Counted from the stretch's first letter, positions 23,649-33,020 are shown. The stretch: DNA of 64,000 nucleotides from an uncultured Gammaproteobacteria bacterium (GCA_964611875.1 CAZTBF010000002.1:184439-248438); one strand, 5' to 3'. The notes: generated by a model not told the origin, from the sequence alone. Numbers and translations are program-made.

Positions 23649-24086
23649 ATCAATGTTGAACTTTAACAACGCAAACGTTTAATCGCACTTTGGTGACACA
23701 CTTCTGTTCAGAAAATGCATATCGCGTTGTTATGAATACAGGTGTGTCTCTACTCTCTATCAAAAAAACATGAAGGCCGACCTTCATACAAAAACAAAAA
23801 TAAAAAACAAACGGTGTCTGGCAGGGAAACAAAAAAAACTTTCACAATCGGCGTACATCTATTCAGAGATGATACGACCACTCAGATGGTAGAGGCAATT
23901 AAACAAACATCTAAGTCGGAATGATGTATGACATTACTGTTTGATGTCACATTGCTGAGTTCTGTAGGCATGTGTATAGGGTACTCCTATATAGATGTCT
24001 ACGGAGCTCAGCTGCGCCAAGCAGTCCAAGGGCGTAGTTGAGCCACTTAATTAAAAAGCGGGCGTTCAATACGCCCTCTTTTTTTT
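23649..24086 (+). ncRNA. Candidate ~440-nt structured non-coding RNA (class unknown)
   Basis: Lies between the promoter and a hairpin plus T8 terminator (24057-24086). Hairpins at 23695-23748, 23770-23787, 23929-23949 and 23964-24002 are separated by A-rich linkers. There is no convincing ORF. Confidence 0.45.
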
Positions 24087-24097
24087 GAAAAAAAATT

Positions 24098-24490
24098 ATG
24101 TTACACTTTTTGCATATGACACACACACAAACACATCTTGATGATGCATTCATTGCACAGCAAAAAGAAAAACTTACCACCGAAAAAGAACGCCTTGTTC
24201 AGGAATTACAAAAAAGAGGTAAAGCAGACAGTAAGGATCCAACAAACTACACCGCAAGCTACCAAGAGTATGGTGATGATGAGGAATCAAACGCTGCTGA
24301 GTATGCAAACCATGAAACAGATATTGCCATTGTGAACGAACTTGAACAACAATTACAAAAAACAGTTGCAGCATTACAACGTATTGAGGATGGCACCTAT
24401 GGGTTAGACATTGATACTCAAGAACCGATTGAACAAAAAAGATTAGAGGCAGTACCTGCTGCAGAACATTGTATAAAAAAAGATGCGTAA
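24098..24490 (+). CDS. DksA/TraR-family-like protein lacking the C4 zinc-finger cysteines
   Basis: Coiled-coil N-terminus and C-terminal IEDGTYGLDIDTQEPIEQKRLEAVPAAEHCIKK, which parallels YGxCxxCGxxIxxxRLxAxPxAxxCxxC. Confidence 0.6.
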   Translation: MLHFLHMTHTQTHLDDAFIAQQKEKLTTEKERLVQELQKRGKADSKDPTNYTASYQEYGDDEESNAAEYANHETDIAIVNELEQQLQKTVAALQRIEDGTYGLDIDTQEPIEQKRLEAVPAAEHCIKKDA

Positions 24491-24929
24491 ACCTGTATAC
24501 CTCACCGTGGGAGCGTTGCTGATTATACTCGTTGATCAAGCGTTGAAATATAGTGTACGAACAAACCCCTTCTTCCAAGATGGGGTTTTTGTGCTTCATG
24601 ATTGGTTTGGTATACGATATTTTCATAATACTAATCTTGCATTAAGTATTCCATTTCCAAATACTATTGCTCTTGTTAGTATGATTGTCATTTTATGTGG
24701 ACTTGGCATATTGCTTGTGCGCTCACACTATTGGCGAACACAATGGGGCATGTACTTGGTTATTGCAGGTGCTGTTTCGAATATCTATGATCGTATGTTG
24801 TTTGATGGTGTGATTGATTATATTGTTATTCCTTTTGGAGGCATTATTAATCTTGCAGACGTTGCTGTGGTGTGTGGTGCTTGTGGGTTACTACTGTATT
24901 CTCAAAAAGCGTTTACACGAGAAAGATAA
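24483..24929 (+). CDS. lspA: Lipoprotein signal peptidase II
   Basis: Motifs NTNLALSI, SNIYDRMLFDGVIDYI and INLADV. Overlaps the upstream stop by 8 nt. Confidence 0.85.
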   Translation: MRKPVYLTVGALLIILVDQALKYSVRTNPFFQDGVFVLHDWFGIRYFHNTNLALSIPFPNTIALVSMIVILCGLGILLVRSHYWRTQWGMYLVIAGAVSNIYDRMLFDGVIDYIVIPFGGIINLADVAVVCGACGLLLYSQKAFTRER

Positions 24930-24969
24930 TTGAATAATTCTTTATACTACTTTGCTATGCTATGGATAT

Positions 24970-26484
24970 ATGTTAACTCATGTTCATGCATGTGCATTAG
25001 TAGGGCTTGATGGCCGAGCCATTACCATTGAGGTAGATGTTTCAAATGGATATCCTGGAATGACCATTGTTGGTTTACCAGACAAAGCCGTTGATGAATC
25101 TCGCCAACGTATTCCCACTGCCATTCGGAATGCAGGTTTTGAGTATCCCTTTACCAAAAAGACCGTGGTTAATTTAGCGCCAGCTGATGTACGTAAGGAA
25201 GGTGCGAGTTTTGATTTACCTATTGCAGTTGGGGTGTTGCTTTCAACAGGACAGCTGCCTGAGTTGTCTGACACATCGTTGCTTATGGGAGAACTGGCAC
25301 TTGATGGAACCGTCCGTCCAACACATGGTATGCTTTCTGCTGCATTGTTTGCTGAAGCACATGGGTATACGACTATTTATGTACCAAAAGCAAACGCACC
25401 TGAGGCATCGCTCGTGCAAAACATAACCGTGATTCCTATCACATCACTTAAATCCTTTGTTGATCATGTAACCGGTGTTGCACCTATTGTGCCTGCACAG
25501 TATGTACCAACCACACATAAGCAGGAAACATATGGTGTTGATTTTGCACATGTAAGTGGGCAAGAACAGGCAAAGCGAGCATTAGAAATAGCTGCTGCTG
25601 GGGCACATAACATTGCATTGAGCGGGCCACCCGGAAGTGGTAAAACATTGTTAGCACGTGCATTGGTTTCTATTTTGCCCGGAATGACTATGGACGAACA
25701 ACTAGAAGTAACAAAAATTTATAGCGTATCAGGAAGATTACCTACGGGCGTTTCGTTAATACATGAACGTCCCTTTCGTACACCACACCATACGTCTTCT
25801 GGTGTTGCATTAGTTGGGGGTGGGGCATATCCTCGTCCTGGTGAAATTAGTTTGGCACACCGTGGGGTATTGTTTTTAGATGAGTTTCCCGAGTTCTCTC
25901 GCCAAGTATTAGAAAACCTTCGGCAACCATTGGAGGATGGAAAAGTAACGGTATCACGTGCACAGGGAAGTGTCATGTTCCCTGCACGGTTTATGTTGGT
26001 TGCATCACAAAATCCATGCCCATGCGGATATGTTGATGATCCAACAAAAACCTGCATCTGTAGTCAAACACAAGTATTAAAATATCGGAGTAAGATTTCG
26101 GGTCCAATTATAGATAGAATTGATTTGCATGTAGAGGTACCGCGTGTCCCTTTTGAAAAATTAGCACATGAAACACCTGCTGAAGCATCACAACAGGTAC
26201 AAGAGCGTGTTGAACGTGCTCGTACCATTCAGCAACAGCGTTTTGCCAACACGCACTATGTTACCAATAGTGAAATGGGTCCGCATGCGGTAAAAGAGTG
26301 GTGTGTGCTTGATGCAACAACAAAAACACTCCTTGGTAATGCAGTACAGAGCTTAGGATTATCTGCACGTTCAATACATCGTGTCATAAAAGTTGCACGA
26401 ACTATCGCGGATCTTTCAGATGTTCCTGACATTCAACCGGCCCACATTGCAGAAGCACTGCAATATCGACCTAAGCATGGATAG
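24970..26484 (+). CDS. comM: YifB/ComM Mg-chelatase-like ATPase
   Basis: Lon-protease-like N-domain, GPPGSGKTL Walker A and LFLDEFPEF. The start is taken at [10 protein letters not shown]. Confidence 0.9.
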   Translation: MLTHVHACALVGLDGRAITIEVDVSNGYPGMTIVGLPDKAVDESRQRIPTAIRNAGFEYPFTKKTVVNLAPADVRKEGASFDLPIAVGVLLSTGQLPELSDTSLLMGELALDGTVRPTHGMLSAALFAEAHGYTTIYVPKANAPEASLVQNITVIPITSLKSFVDHVTGVAPIVPAQYVPTTHKQETYGVDFAHVSGQEQAKRALEIAAAGAHNIALSGPPGSGKTLLARALVSILPGMTMDEQLEVTKIYSVSGRLPTGVSLIHERPFRTPHHTSSGVALVGGGAYPRPGEISLAHRGVLFLDEFPEFSRQVLENLRQPLEDGKVTVSRAQGSVMFPARFMLVASQNPCPCGYVDDPTKTCICSQTQVLKYRSKISGPIIDRIDLHVEVPRVPFEKLAHETPAEASQQVQERVERARTIQQQRFANTHYVTNSEMGPHAVKEWCVLDATTKTLLGNAVQSLGLSARSIHRVIKVARTIADLSDVPDIQPAHIAEALQYRPKHG

Positions 26485-26485
26485 T

Positions 26486-27889
26486 TTACAAGTAATCAAG
26501 TGGGTTTACCCGATTACCATTTGAACGTACCTCAAAGTGAATATGTGGTCCGGTTGATCGTCCTGTTGATCCAATATTTGCAATAACTTCTCCTTTTTTC
26601 ACACGGTCACCTTTTTTAACTAACAATTTACTGCTATGAGCGTATAGTGTGTGCAAACCATTTCCATGGTCAATAACAATGTAGAGACCATATCCACCAC
26701 TATTCCAGCCTGCGGTAATAACCACACCATCTTCTGCTGCATAAATTGGTTGGCCTATTGGTGCACCAATATCAATACCCGTATGGCGCCAACCTCTATA
26801 GTATTGCGTAATACGATGCGAGGTGGTTGGCCAGTTAAATTTGCCAGCCACAGCAGGAGCAGGAGTAAAAATACTCTTAATACTTGCTAAGCCTGATGAG
26901 GTAGTAACCGTAGGGCGAGCTGCTGGTGGGGGAATACCATCTGGGACAATAAGTTTTGCACCAATTTTAAGTTCAGAAGCATCTGCTAATTTATTCACTT
27001 CTAAAATATCTTCTTCTTCAGCTTTGTATTTCGCCGCAATGGCACGGAGCGTATCACCACGTGAGACAGTGTATGTAACACCTGTTACAGGGAGAATAAC
27101 TAACTCTTGTCCTGGTTTAATAAAATCGCGTGGGCCAAGTTTGTTTTCCCACAAAATAGTATTGGTACTGAGTTGGAATTTTTCTGCAATTTCAGAAATG
27201 GTGTCACCATCTTCTACGACATAGGTAATAATACTGTCACGTAGCTGTGGGGTAATATCTGTTGCCAATACATTTGGGCGAACCAGTGAACCAGAATCAT
27301 CGGTAACCAAGGTATTTAATTCATCTACTGGAATATTTCCTGATGGAGCAACTTGGCTACTCACCCCTATATCTGATAATGCAATGGCGTTATTTTCAGC
27401 AACCGGTGCTTGAGATACGGTATCTTCTGAAATAATGCCTTCCTCTACAATGAGTTCAAAATCACTGTTTTGTGCAAGCAGGGTATAGAGGCTTGAATGT
27501 CTGCCTACTTCTTCTGGGCGTACTTCGCGTGCTTTTAGGTTGCTGACCCCTGCAAAGAGTGTGAGTACGGTAAGCCCTCCGTATAACATAACGTTTCGAG
27601 AAAAGTTATCGCCAAATTCGTTGCGGAAATAATCTTGTGCTCGTTTTGTTTTGTGGCTGACCCAGTTTGCTTTGCTATATATAGGAAGTGCGAGGTACCG
27701 AATACTGAATCGTAATACTTTTGAACCAACATATTTTATGACCAACAATACACCACCAATAATTTTAAGCACCAACACAACAATACTACTCAAAAGTCCG
27801 AGTAGTTGTACTGCGTTTTTTTGTGCGAGCATGCGATTTCTCGAATACCCTCGTGTTGCGTTGTAGGTTGGTCTTTTCTTAAATGCCAT
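26486..27889 (-). CDS. Membrane-anchored LysM (x2) / M23 peptidoglycan endopeptidase
   Basis: LysM repeats GDTISEIAEKF and GDTLRAIAAKY. M23 motifs HTGIDI, LYAHSS and GPHIHFEV. Confidence 0.85.
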   Translation of the reverse strand: MAFKKRPTYNATRGYSRNRMLAQKNAVQLLGLLSSIVVLVLKIIGGVLLVIKYVGSKVLRFSIRYLALPIYSKANWVSHKTKRAQDYFRNEFGDNFSRNVMLYGGLTVLTLFAGVSNLKAREVRPEEVGRHSSLYTLLAQNSDFELIVEEGIISEDTVSQAPVAENNAIALSDIGVSSQVAPSGNIPVDELNTLVTDDSGSLVRPNVLATDITPQLRDSIITYVVEDGDTISEIAEKFQLSTNTILWENKLGPRDFIKPGQELVILPVTGVTYTVSRGDTLRAIAAKYKAEEEDILEVNKLADASELKIGAKLIVPDGIPPPAARPTVTTSSGLASIKSIFTPAPAVAGKFNWPTTSHRITQYYRGWRHTGIDIGAPIGQPIYAAEDGVVITAGWNSGGYGLYIVIDHGNGLHTLYAHSSKLLVKKGDRVKKGEVIANIGSTGRSTGPHIHFEVRSNGNRVNPLDYL

Positions 27890-27957
27890 GTGGCGTATCT
27901 AGTAATAGTAGTATAACGTATTTTTGAGGTTTATGTTACATGAAAAACTGATATTTG

Positions 27958-27986
27958 TTGATTTTTTAGCCGAAAAAGCGTATGAT
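27958..27986 (+). promoter_or_regulatory. Sigma70-like promoter of leuS (TTGATT-17-TATGAT)
   Basis: The -10 ends 12 nt before the ATG at 27999 with no SD. This argues against the ORF-track TTG start at 27924. Confidence 0.55.
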
Positions 27987-27998
27987 ATGGGCATTACT

Positions 27999-30900
27999 AT
28001 GAGTTACGACCACAAAGCAATTGAGGCAAAATGGCAAAAACGCTGGAAAGATGAGCGTGTGTTTGAAGTGGATAATACCGTTGATGCTGAAAAGAAAAAG
28101 TACATTTTAGACATGTTTCCGTATCCTTCTGGTGCGGGGTTACACGTTGGGCACCCTGAAGGCTATACTGCAACGGATATTTACTCTCGATATCTACGTA
28201 TGAAGGGTTTTTCTGTGTTGCACCCAATGGGGTGGGATGCTTTTGGCTTGCCTGCAGAAAATTATGCAATTAAATCTGGCGTGCATCCTAAAGAAAGTAC
28301 TGAAAAAAATATAGAAACCTTTACCCGACAAATTCAATCTCTTGGATTTAGTTATGATTGGTCTCGTGAGGTAAATACATCCTCTCCAGAATATTATAGA
28401 TGGACGCAGTGGATTTTCTTACAACTCTACAAAGCAGGATTAGCATATAAAAAGGAAGCACCCGTAAACTGGTGTGATGACTGCCAAACCGTTCTTGCAA
28501 ATGAACAGGTGGTAGATGGAAAATGTGAACGTTGTGGACACGAGGTGATTCAAAAAAATCTTGCTCAGTGGTTTTTTAAGATTACGGGGAATAGTTCTGA
28601 GTTCGAAGGCGATAGTTCAAAGAAAACTAACTATGTTATTTTGCATGGTTATACAGGATCTCCTGATAGTGATTTTCATCCATGGTTAAAATCTGAATTG
28701 GAAGCACGTGGATATTCCGTGCAAGTTCCACTTTTACCGAATACAGATAACCCTACAGTTATGGAACAAGTTTCGTATGTTCTTGAAAACTGTACCTTTG
28801 ATGAGCATACTATTGTATTAGGACATAGTTTGGGGGCAGTTGTTGCACTTAAAGTGTTAGAAACACTTAATAAGCCAATTCAAAAATTAGTATTAGCAGC
28901 TGGATTTATAGAAGCAGAATTTTTAGATAAAGAACGCCCGTTTAAAGATACCTTTGATTGGAGTTTTGATTTTGAACGTATAAAAAAGAATGTCTCTTCA
29001 TATGTATATCTACAAGCTCAAAATGATACAGCTGTGCCAGCACAGCAAGCAGTAGCAATGCAAAAAGAATTGGGAGGTGGTATTGTATCATTTGTTGCAG
29101 AAGATGATCATATTTGTGGTGGTCAAGAACCGACAGTGCTTGAGCATGTGCTCGCAGAGGCTTCAAGTTATCCAGAGCGTTTACTCAATAATTTAGATAC
29201 GCTCGATTGGCCAGATCCTATTAAGCACATGCAACGAAACTGGATCGGAAAAAGCGATGGAGCGGAATTAGAATTTAAAATTTCAAATTCTGAATTTAAA
29301 ATTTCTGTTTTTACTACGCGTCCAGATACGTTATTTGGTGCAACGTACATGGTACTCGCACCAGAGCATGAGCTTGTACAGAAATTGAAAGAAACTATCA
29401 AAAACTGGGGTGCTGTTGAGGACTATATAAAGGAGGCACAATCAAAAAGCCAACTTGAGCGTACAGATCTCGCAAAAGAAAAAACAGGCGTGCCATTAGA
29501 AGGTGTTACCGCAGTAAACCCAGCTACAGGTGAAACTATTCCTGTATGGATTGCGGATTATGTATTAGCTTCGTATGGTACGGGTGCAATTATGGCAGTT
29601 CCTGCACATGATGAACGTGATTTTGCATTTGCTACCAAATATAACTTGCCGATTAAAAATGTTATTGAGCCAGATTTAGGGTATTGGAAATCAGATATAA
29701 GTAGTATTGAAAAAGAGATGCAAGAAGATTTGAATTCTTCTAAAACTCCTGAAAATGAAGCTAAGTGGCAAGAAAAACAAGACAAGGAATTTGAATCATA
29801 TTGTAAAGATGTTAAAGAAGGAAAAATTGTTTATCCTGGACCAGGTAAAATTCTTAACTCTGACATATATGAAGGTTTGTATTCAACAGAAAAGGATGCC
29901 ATTTTTCAAAAACTAAAAGAAAATAGTTTAGGTCATAGTGCTGTTCAACATAAACTCAGAGATTGGCTCATTAGCAGACAACGCTACTGGGGAACACCAA
30001 TTCCTATTGTGTATGATCCAGAAGGGAACCCACATCCAGTGAAAGAGGAACATCTTCCATTAGAACTTCCAACGGATGTTGATTTTAAACCAAAAGGAAC
30101 TTCTCCACTTGGTAGTTCTGAAAGCTACAAAGCATTAGCAGAAAAACTCTACGGAAAAGGTTGGTATTTTGAAATTGATACCATGGATACCTTTGTTGAT
30201 TCATCATGGTACTTTTTGCGATATACAGATGCACATAATGACAAAGTATTTGCATCGCCAGAAGCATTGCAAGCATGGTTGCCAGTAGACACCTACGTTG
30301 GTGGTGCAGAACATGCGGTATTGCATCTTATGTATGCACGATTTTTCTGCATGGCATTACACGATCTTGGGCATCTTTCTTTTGAGGAACCATTTATCAA
30401 ACTCCGCAATCAAGGACTTATCATGGGGCCAGACGGGCAAAAAATGTCTAAGTCACGAGGGAATGTCATTAATCCAGATGAAGTGATTGAAAATCTTGGA
30501 GCAGATACCATGCGTTTGTATGAAATGTTTATGGGGCCCTTGGAAGAATCAAAGCCATGGAGTACGGACGGTATTATTGGAGTGCGTAGATTTATAGAAC
30601 GCGTGTGGCATGCCGAGCAGTTTGTGGTAGAAACTATTGAAGACAAGAAACAATCACAGGATATAGACAGAGGATTACATCAGCTTATTAAGAAAGTACA
30701 AGAAGATATAGAATCTTTTGGTTTCAATACCGCTATTTCACAAGGAATGATTTTTATCAATATGGTGTATAAAGCAGGAGCTATTACTCAAGCACAATGG
30801 GATGTATTTCTCACTGTATTACATCCCTTTGCTCCGCATATCACTAATGAACTATGGGAAAAACGAGGACATACTACCTTGCTTGAAAAAGAGGATTGGC

Positions 30901-31121
30901 CAACATACGATGAATCATTGCTCGTAGAGGATGAAGTGACATACGTGATTCAGGTAAATGGAAAAGTACGTGCCAATATTGTTGCAGCAGCAAATGCTTC
31001 AGAATCAGATATTGTTGCACAAGCGCAAGCAGAAGAAAACGTACAACATCAATTACAAGATAAAAAAATCGTAAAACAGATTTTTGTACCAGGGAAACTG
31101 TTGAATTTTGTAGTGAAGTAG
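27999..31121 (+). CDS. leuS: Leucyl-tRNA synthetase carrying an inserted alpha/beta serine hydrolase domain
   Basis: HVGHP, KMSKS, Zn module CDDC..CERC, CP1 editing domain (TTRPDTLFGATY..AHDERD), and the C-terminal anticodon-binding and tRNA-binding regions. Confidence 0.9.
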   Translation: MSYDHKAIEAKWQKRWKDERVFEVDNTVDAEKKKYILDMFPYPSGAGLHVGHPEGYTATDIYSRYLRMKGFSVLHPMGWDAFGLPAENYAIKSGVHPKESTEKNIETFTRQIQSLGFSYDWSREVNTSSPEYYRWTQWIFLQLYKAGLAYKKEAPVNWCDDCQTVLANEQVVDGKCERCGHEVIQKNLAQWFFKITGNSSEFEGDSSKKTNYVILHGYTGSPDSDFHPWLKSELEARGYSVQVPLLPNTDNPTVMEQVSYVLENCTFDEHTIVLGHSLGAVVALKVLETLNKPIQKLVLAAGFIEAEFLDKERPFKDTFDWSFDFERIKKNVSSYVYLQAQNDTAVPAQQAVAMQKELGGGIVSFVAEDDHICGGQEPTVLEHVLAEASSYPERLLNNLDTLDWPDPIKHMQRNWIGKSDGAELEFKISNSEFKISVFTTRPDTLFGATYMVLAPEHELVQKLKETIKNWGAVEDYIKEAQSKSQLERTDLAKEKTGVPLEGVTAVNPATGETIPVWIADYVLASYGTGAIMAVPAHDERDFAFATKYNLPIKNVIEPDLGYWKSDISSIEKEMQEDLNSSKTPENEAKWQEKQDKEFESYCKDVKEGKIVYPGPGKILNSDIYEGLYSTEKDAIFQKLKENSLGHSAVQHKLRDWLISRQRYWGTPIPIVYDPEGNPHPVKEEHLPLELPTDVDFKPKGTSPLGSSESYKALAEKLYGKGWYFEIDTMDTFVDSSWYFLRYTDAHNDKVFASPEALQAWLPVDTYVGGAEHAVLHLMYARFFCMALHDLGHLSFEEPFIKLRNQGLIMGPDGQKMSKSRGNVINPDEVIENLGADTMRLYEMFMGPLEESKPWSTDGIIGVRRFIERVWHAEQFVVETIEDKKQSQDIDRGLHQLIKKVQEDIESFGFNTAISQGMIFINMVYKAGAITQAQWDVFLTVLHPFAPHITNELWEKRGHTTLLEKEDWPTYDESLLVEDEVTYVIQVNGKVRANIVAAANASESDIVAQAQAEENVQHQLQDKKIVKQIFVPGKLLNFVVK
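28587..29168 (+). other. In-frame ~194-codon YdeN/RBBP9-type serine hydrolase domain inserted in LeuRS
   Basis: NYVILHGYTGSPDSDFHPWLK, GHSLG nucleophile elbow, QNDTAVP (Asp) and EDDHI (His). Flanked by LeuRS motifs QWFFKIT and YPERLLNNLDTLDWPD. Confidence 0.75.
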
Positions 31122-31207
31122 GAAGAAGATATAAGGTATAAGGTGTAAGAAGTAAGATTGTGTTACCACTACTTCTTACACCTTACTTCTTATATCTTTA
31201 TCTTTTT
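31122..31207. repeat. TAAG-rich long imperfect palindrome
   Basis: GGTGTAAGAAGTA pairs perfectly with TACTTCTTACACC, and the arms extend imperfectly to about 30 nt each. Confidence 0.65.
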
Positions 31208-31209
31208 AC

Positions 31210-31806
31210 ATGGAAATTATTCAAGCCTTGGACGTTGATTACCAAGCTATCGCTCAATCGCTACGAGAGGGAAACGTTATTATCTATCCAACTGATACCG
31301 CATATGCACTTGGTGCAGATGCAACCAATGCACAAGGGGTTGCACGAATTTTTGATGTAAAACAACGTGATACAGATAAAACACTATCACTTATCGTTGC
31401 AGACAGAGCCATGGCAGAAACATGGCTCGAGTTTTCTCCACTTGCAACAGAACTTGCTGATACCTATTGGCCAGGTCCACTCACACTAACACTTCCACAT
31501 AAAAAAGAAGGCTTGATGCCCGAAACCATGCATGAAGGTTTTGTTGCGGTACGTATGCCTAATGAAGAACACGCTGTACTCATTGCCGAGGCACTTGGGG
31601 CTCCGATTGTTTCAACTTCTGCAAATACCTCTGGTACCGGTCCACAATATAGTATGCAAGAAGTGGTTGCATCACTTGCGGATAGAGCCGAGCTTGTTTC
31701 ATCTGGCATTGATGCTGGTATGTTACCAAACAAAGGGGTATCAACCATTGTAAAAGTATGGAATAATACAAAGGAAATACTTCGAGAGGGGGTTATTACT
31801 TTATAA
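31210..31806 (+). CDS. tsaC: L-threonylcarbamoyladenylate synthase (TsaC/YwlC-type)
   Basis: Motifs YPTDTAYALGADATN, WPGPLTLTL and VSTSAN. Confidence 0.85.
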   Translation: MEIIQALDVDYQAIAQSLREGNVIIYPTDTAYALGADATNAQGVARIFDVKQRDTDKTLSLIVADRAMAETWLEFSPLATELADTYWPGPLTLTLPHKKEGLMPETMHEGFVAVRMPNEEHAVLIAEALGAPIVSTSANTSGTGPQYSMQEVVASLADRAELVSSGIDAGMLPNKGVSTIVKVWNNTKEILREGVITL

Positions 31807-31819
31807 AAAATAAAAACAC

Positions 31820-33016
31820 ATGCGCGTAAATTTTATTAAAACGGTTAAAACATTATTTGCAACAAAAATTACTCGACAAGTACGAGAATTGTATCTTTCG
31901 AGTGGGATTGTAAATTTTGCGGTTGCCATGGTGGCAATTTTTGAACCTATTTATTTATATAAGCAAGGCTTTAGTTTAACGCAGGTCTTGTATTTTTATC
32001 TTGCCGTATATATAGGATATTTGTTTACCATTTCATTAGGTGCAAAATTTGCGCGGAGATTTGGATATGAAAAAGCAATACTCTTAGGATCTCCATTTCT
32101 TGCGGTGTTTTATATTTCTTTGCACTTGATACAAACAAACCATCTGTTTGTGTATGCAGCCGTTGCTGCCCTGATTATTCAAAAGACATTTTATTGGCCA
32201 GGATACCTTGCTGACTTTGCACGATTTGGACAAAGTAATGAGCGAGGTAGGGAAGTGAGCAATCTGCTCGTACTTACTTCTGCTGTTGCTATCCTTGGAC
32301 CGTTTGTTGGTGGTTTTATTATTAGTACCTGGGGCTTTGGTATGTTATTTACGGTTGCAACCGTTTTAATTCTTGCTTCGAATCTTCCACTTCTTTCAAC
32401 ACCCGAAAAATTTACCCCAGTGCCATTTTCATATAAGGATTCTTTTAAAAGAATGTTCACCAAAGAGAATCGGAGAAACCTTATTGGGTTTTTAGGGTAT
32501 GGGGAAGAATTAATAGCCATGGTTATTTGGCCCATTTTTATTTTTACGGTAATGACTGACTTTTTAGAAATTGGTTCCTTAATTGCTTTAGCAACACTTA
32601 CGACGACCGTGATTATTCTCTTTGTTGGGAAAATGGTTGATGCGGGAAAGCGAGAGAGACGATCAATTTTAAAATTAGGTTCGGTGTTTAATAGTGCTTC
32701 GTGGTTTTTACGTATTTTAGTTGGTGGACCACTTGGAGTATTTTTAGTTGATGCACTTTCGCGCACCACAAAAAATGTTATTGTGGTTCCTATGATGGCA
32801 ATGACCTATGATCATGCAAGTAAGACTAGTGTGATGAAAACCATTATCTTTTTTGAAATGGCACTCATTTTAGGAAAAATTATTGCTATTGTGTTATCGA
32901 TTGTGGCCCTTGTCTTTATACCAAACTCATTTACGTTACTCTTTATTATTTCAGCATTGATGACCTTGCTTTATTCACTTGTTAAGTATGATCCTATTAA
33001 ATTAGGTACCAAATAA
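31820..33016 (+). CDS. MFS-type transporter
   Basis: About 12 hydrophobic helices in a two-halves organisation. Confidence 0.7.
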   Translation: MRVNFIKTVKTLFATKITRQVRELYLSSGIVNFAVAMVAIFEPIYLYKQGFSLTQVLYFYLAVYIGYLFTISLGAKFARRFGYEKAILLGSPFLAVFYISLHLIQTNHLFVYAAVAALIIQKTFYWPGYLADFARFGQSNERGREVSNLLVLTSAVAILGPFVGGFIISTWGFGMLFTVATVLILASNLPLLSTPEKFTPVPFSYKDSFKRMFTKENRRNLIGFLGYGEELIAMVIWPIFIFTVMTDFLEIGSLIALATLTTTVIILFVGKMVDAGKRERRSILKLGSVFNSASWFLRILVGGPLGVFLVDALSRTTKNVIVVPMMAMTYDHASKTSVMKTIIFFEMALILGKIIAIVLSIVALVFIPNSFTLLFIISALMTLLYSLVKYDPIKLGTK

Positions 33017-33020
33017 TAGT

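Noticed and set aside
24057-24086. GGGCG-TTCAATA-CGCCC looks like a tRNA T-arm, which raised the possibility that 23.65-24.09 kb is tmRNA
   Set aside because: It is followed by a T8 run and not by an acceptor strand plus CCA. The 5' end of the unit is not complementary to the 3' end. No GGGGCUGA-type start or plausible tag ORF is present. It is read as an intrinsic terminator.
23650-24180. ORF-track ORFs 23742-23924 (+), 23650-23832 (-) and 23947-24180 (-) in the ORF-poor gap
   Set aside because: They are low-complexity Lys/Asn-rich or Cys-rich translations with no SD or promoter context. They overlap strong hairpins and the terminator.
28587-29168. Whether the LeuRS insertion is an intein or a mobile intron-encoded ORF
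   Set aside because: There is no Cys/Ser/Thr at the N-junction and no His-Asn plus Cys/Ser/Thr at the C-junction. There are no Hint or homing-endonuclease motifs. The segment reads as an alpha/beta hydrolase with a GHSLG elbow and is in frame with both flanks.
31122-31207. Whether the TAAG/GTAATG-rich repeats are CRISPR arrays
   Set aside because: They are single long palindromes with no repeat-spacer periodicity and no unique spacers, and there are no cas genes apart from a stand-alone Cas4-like nuclease 17 kb away.
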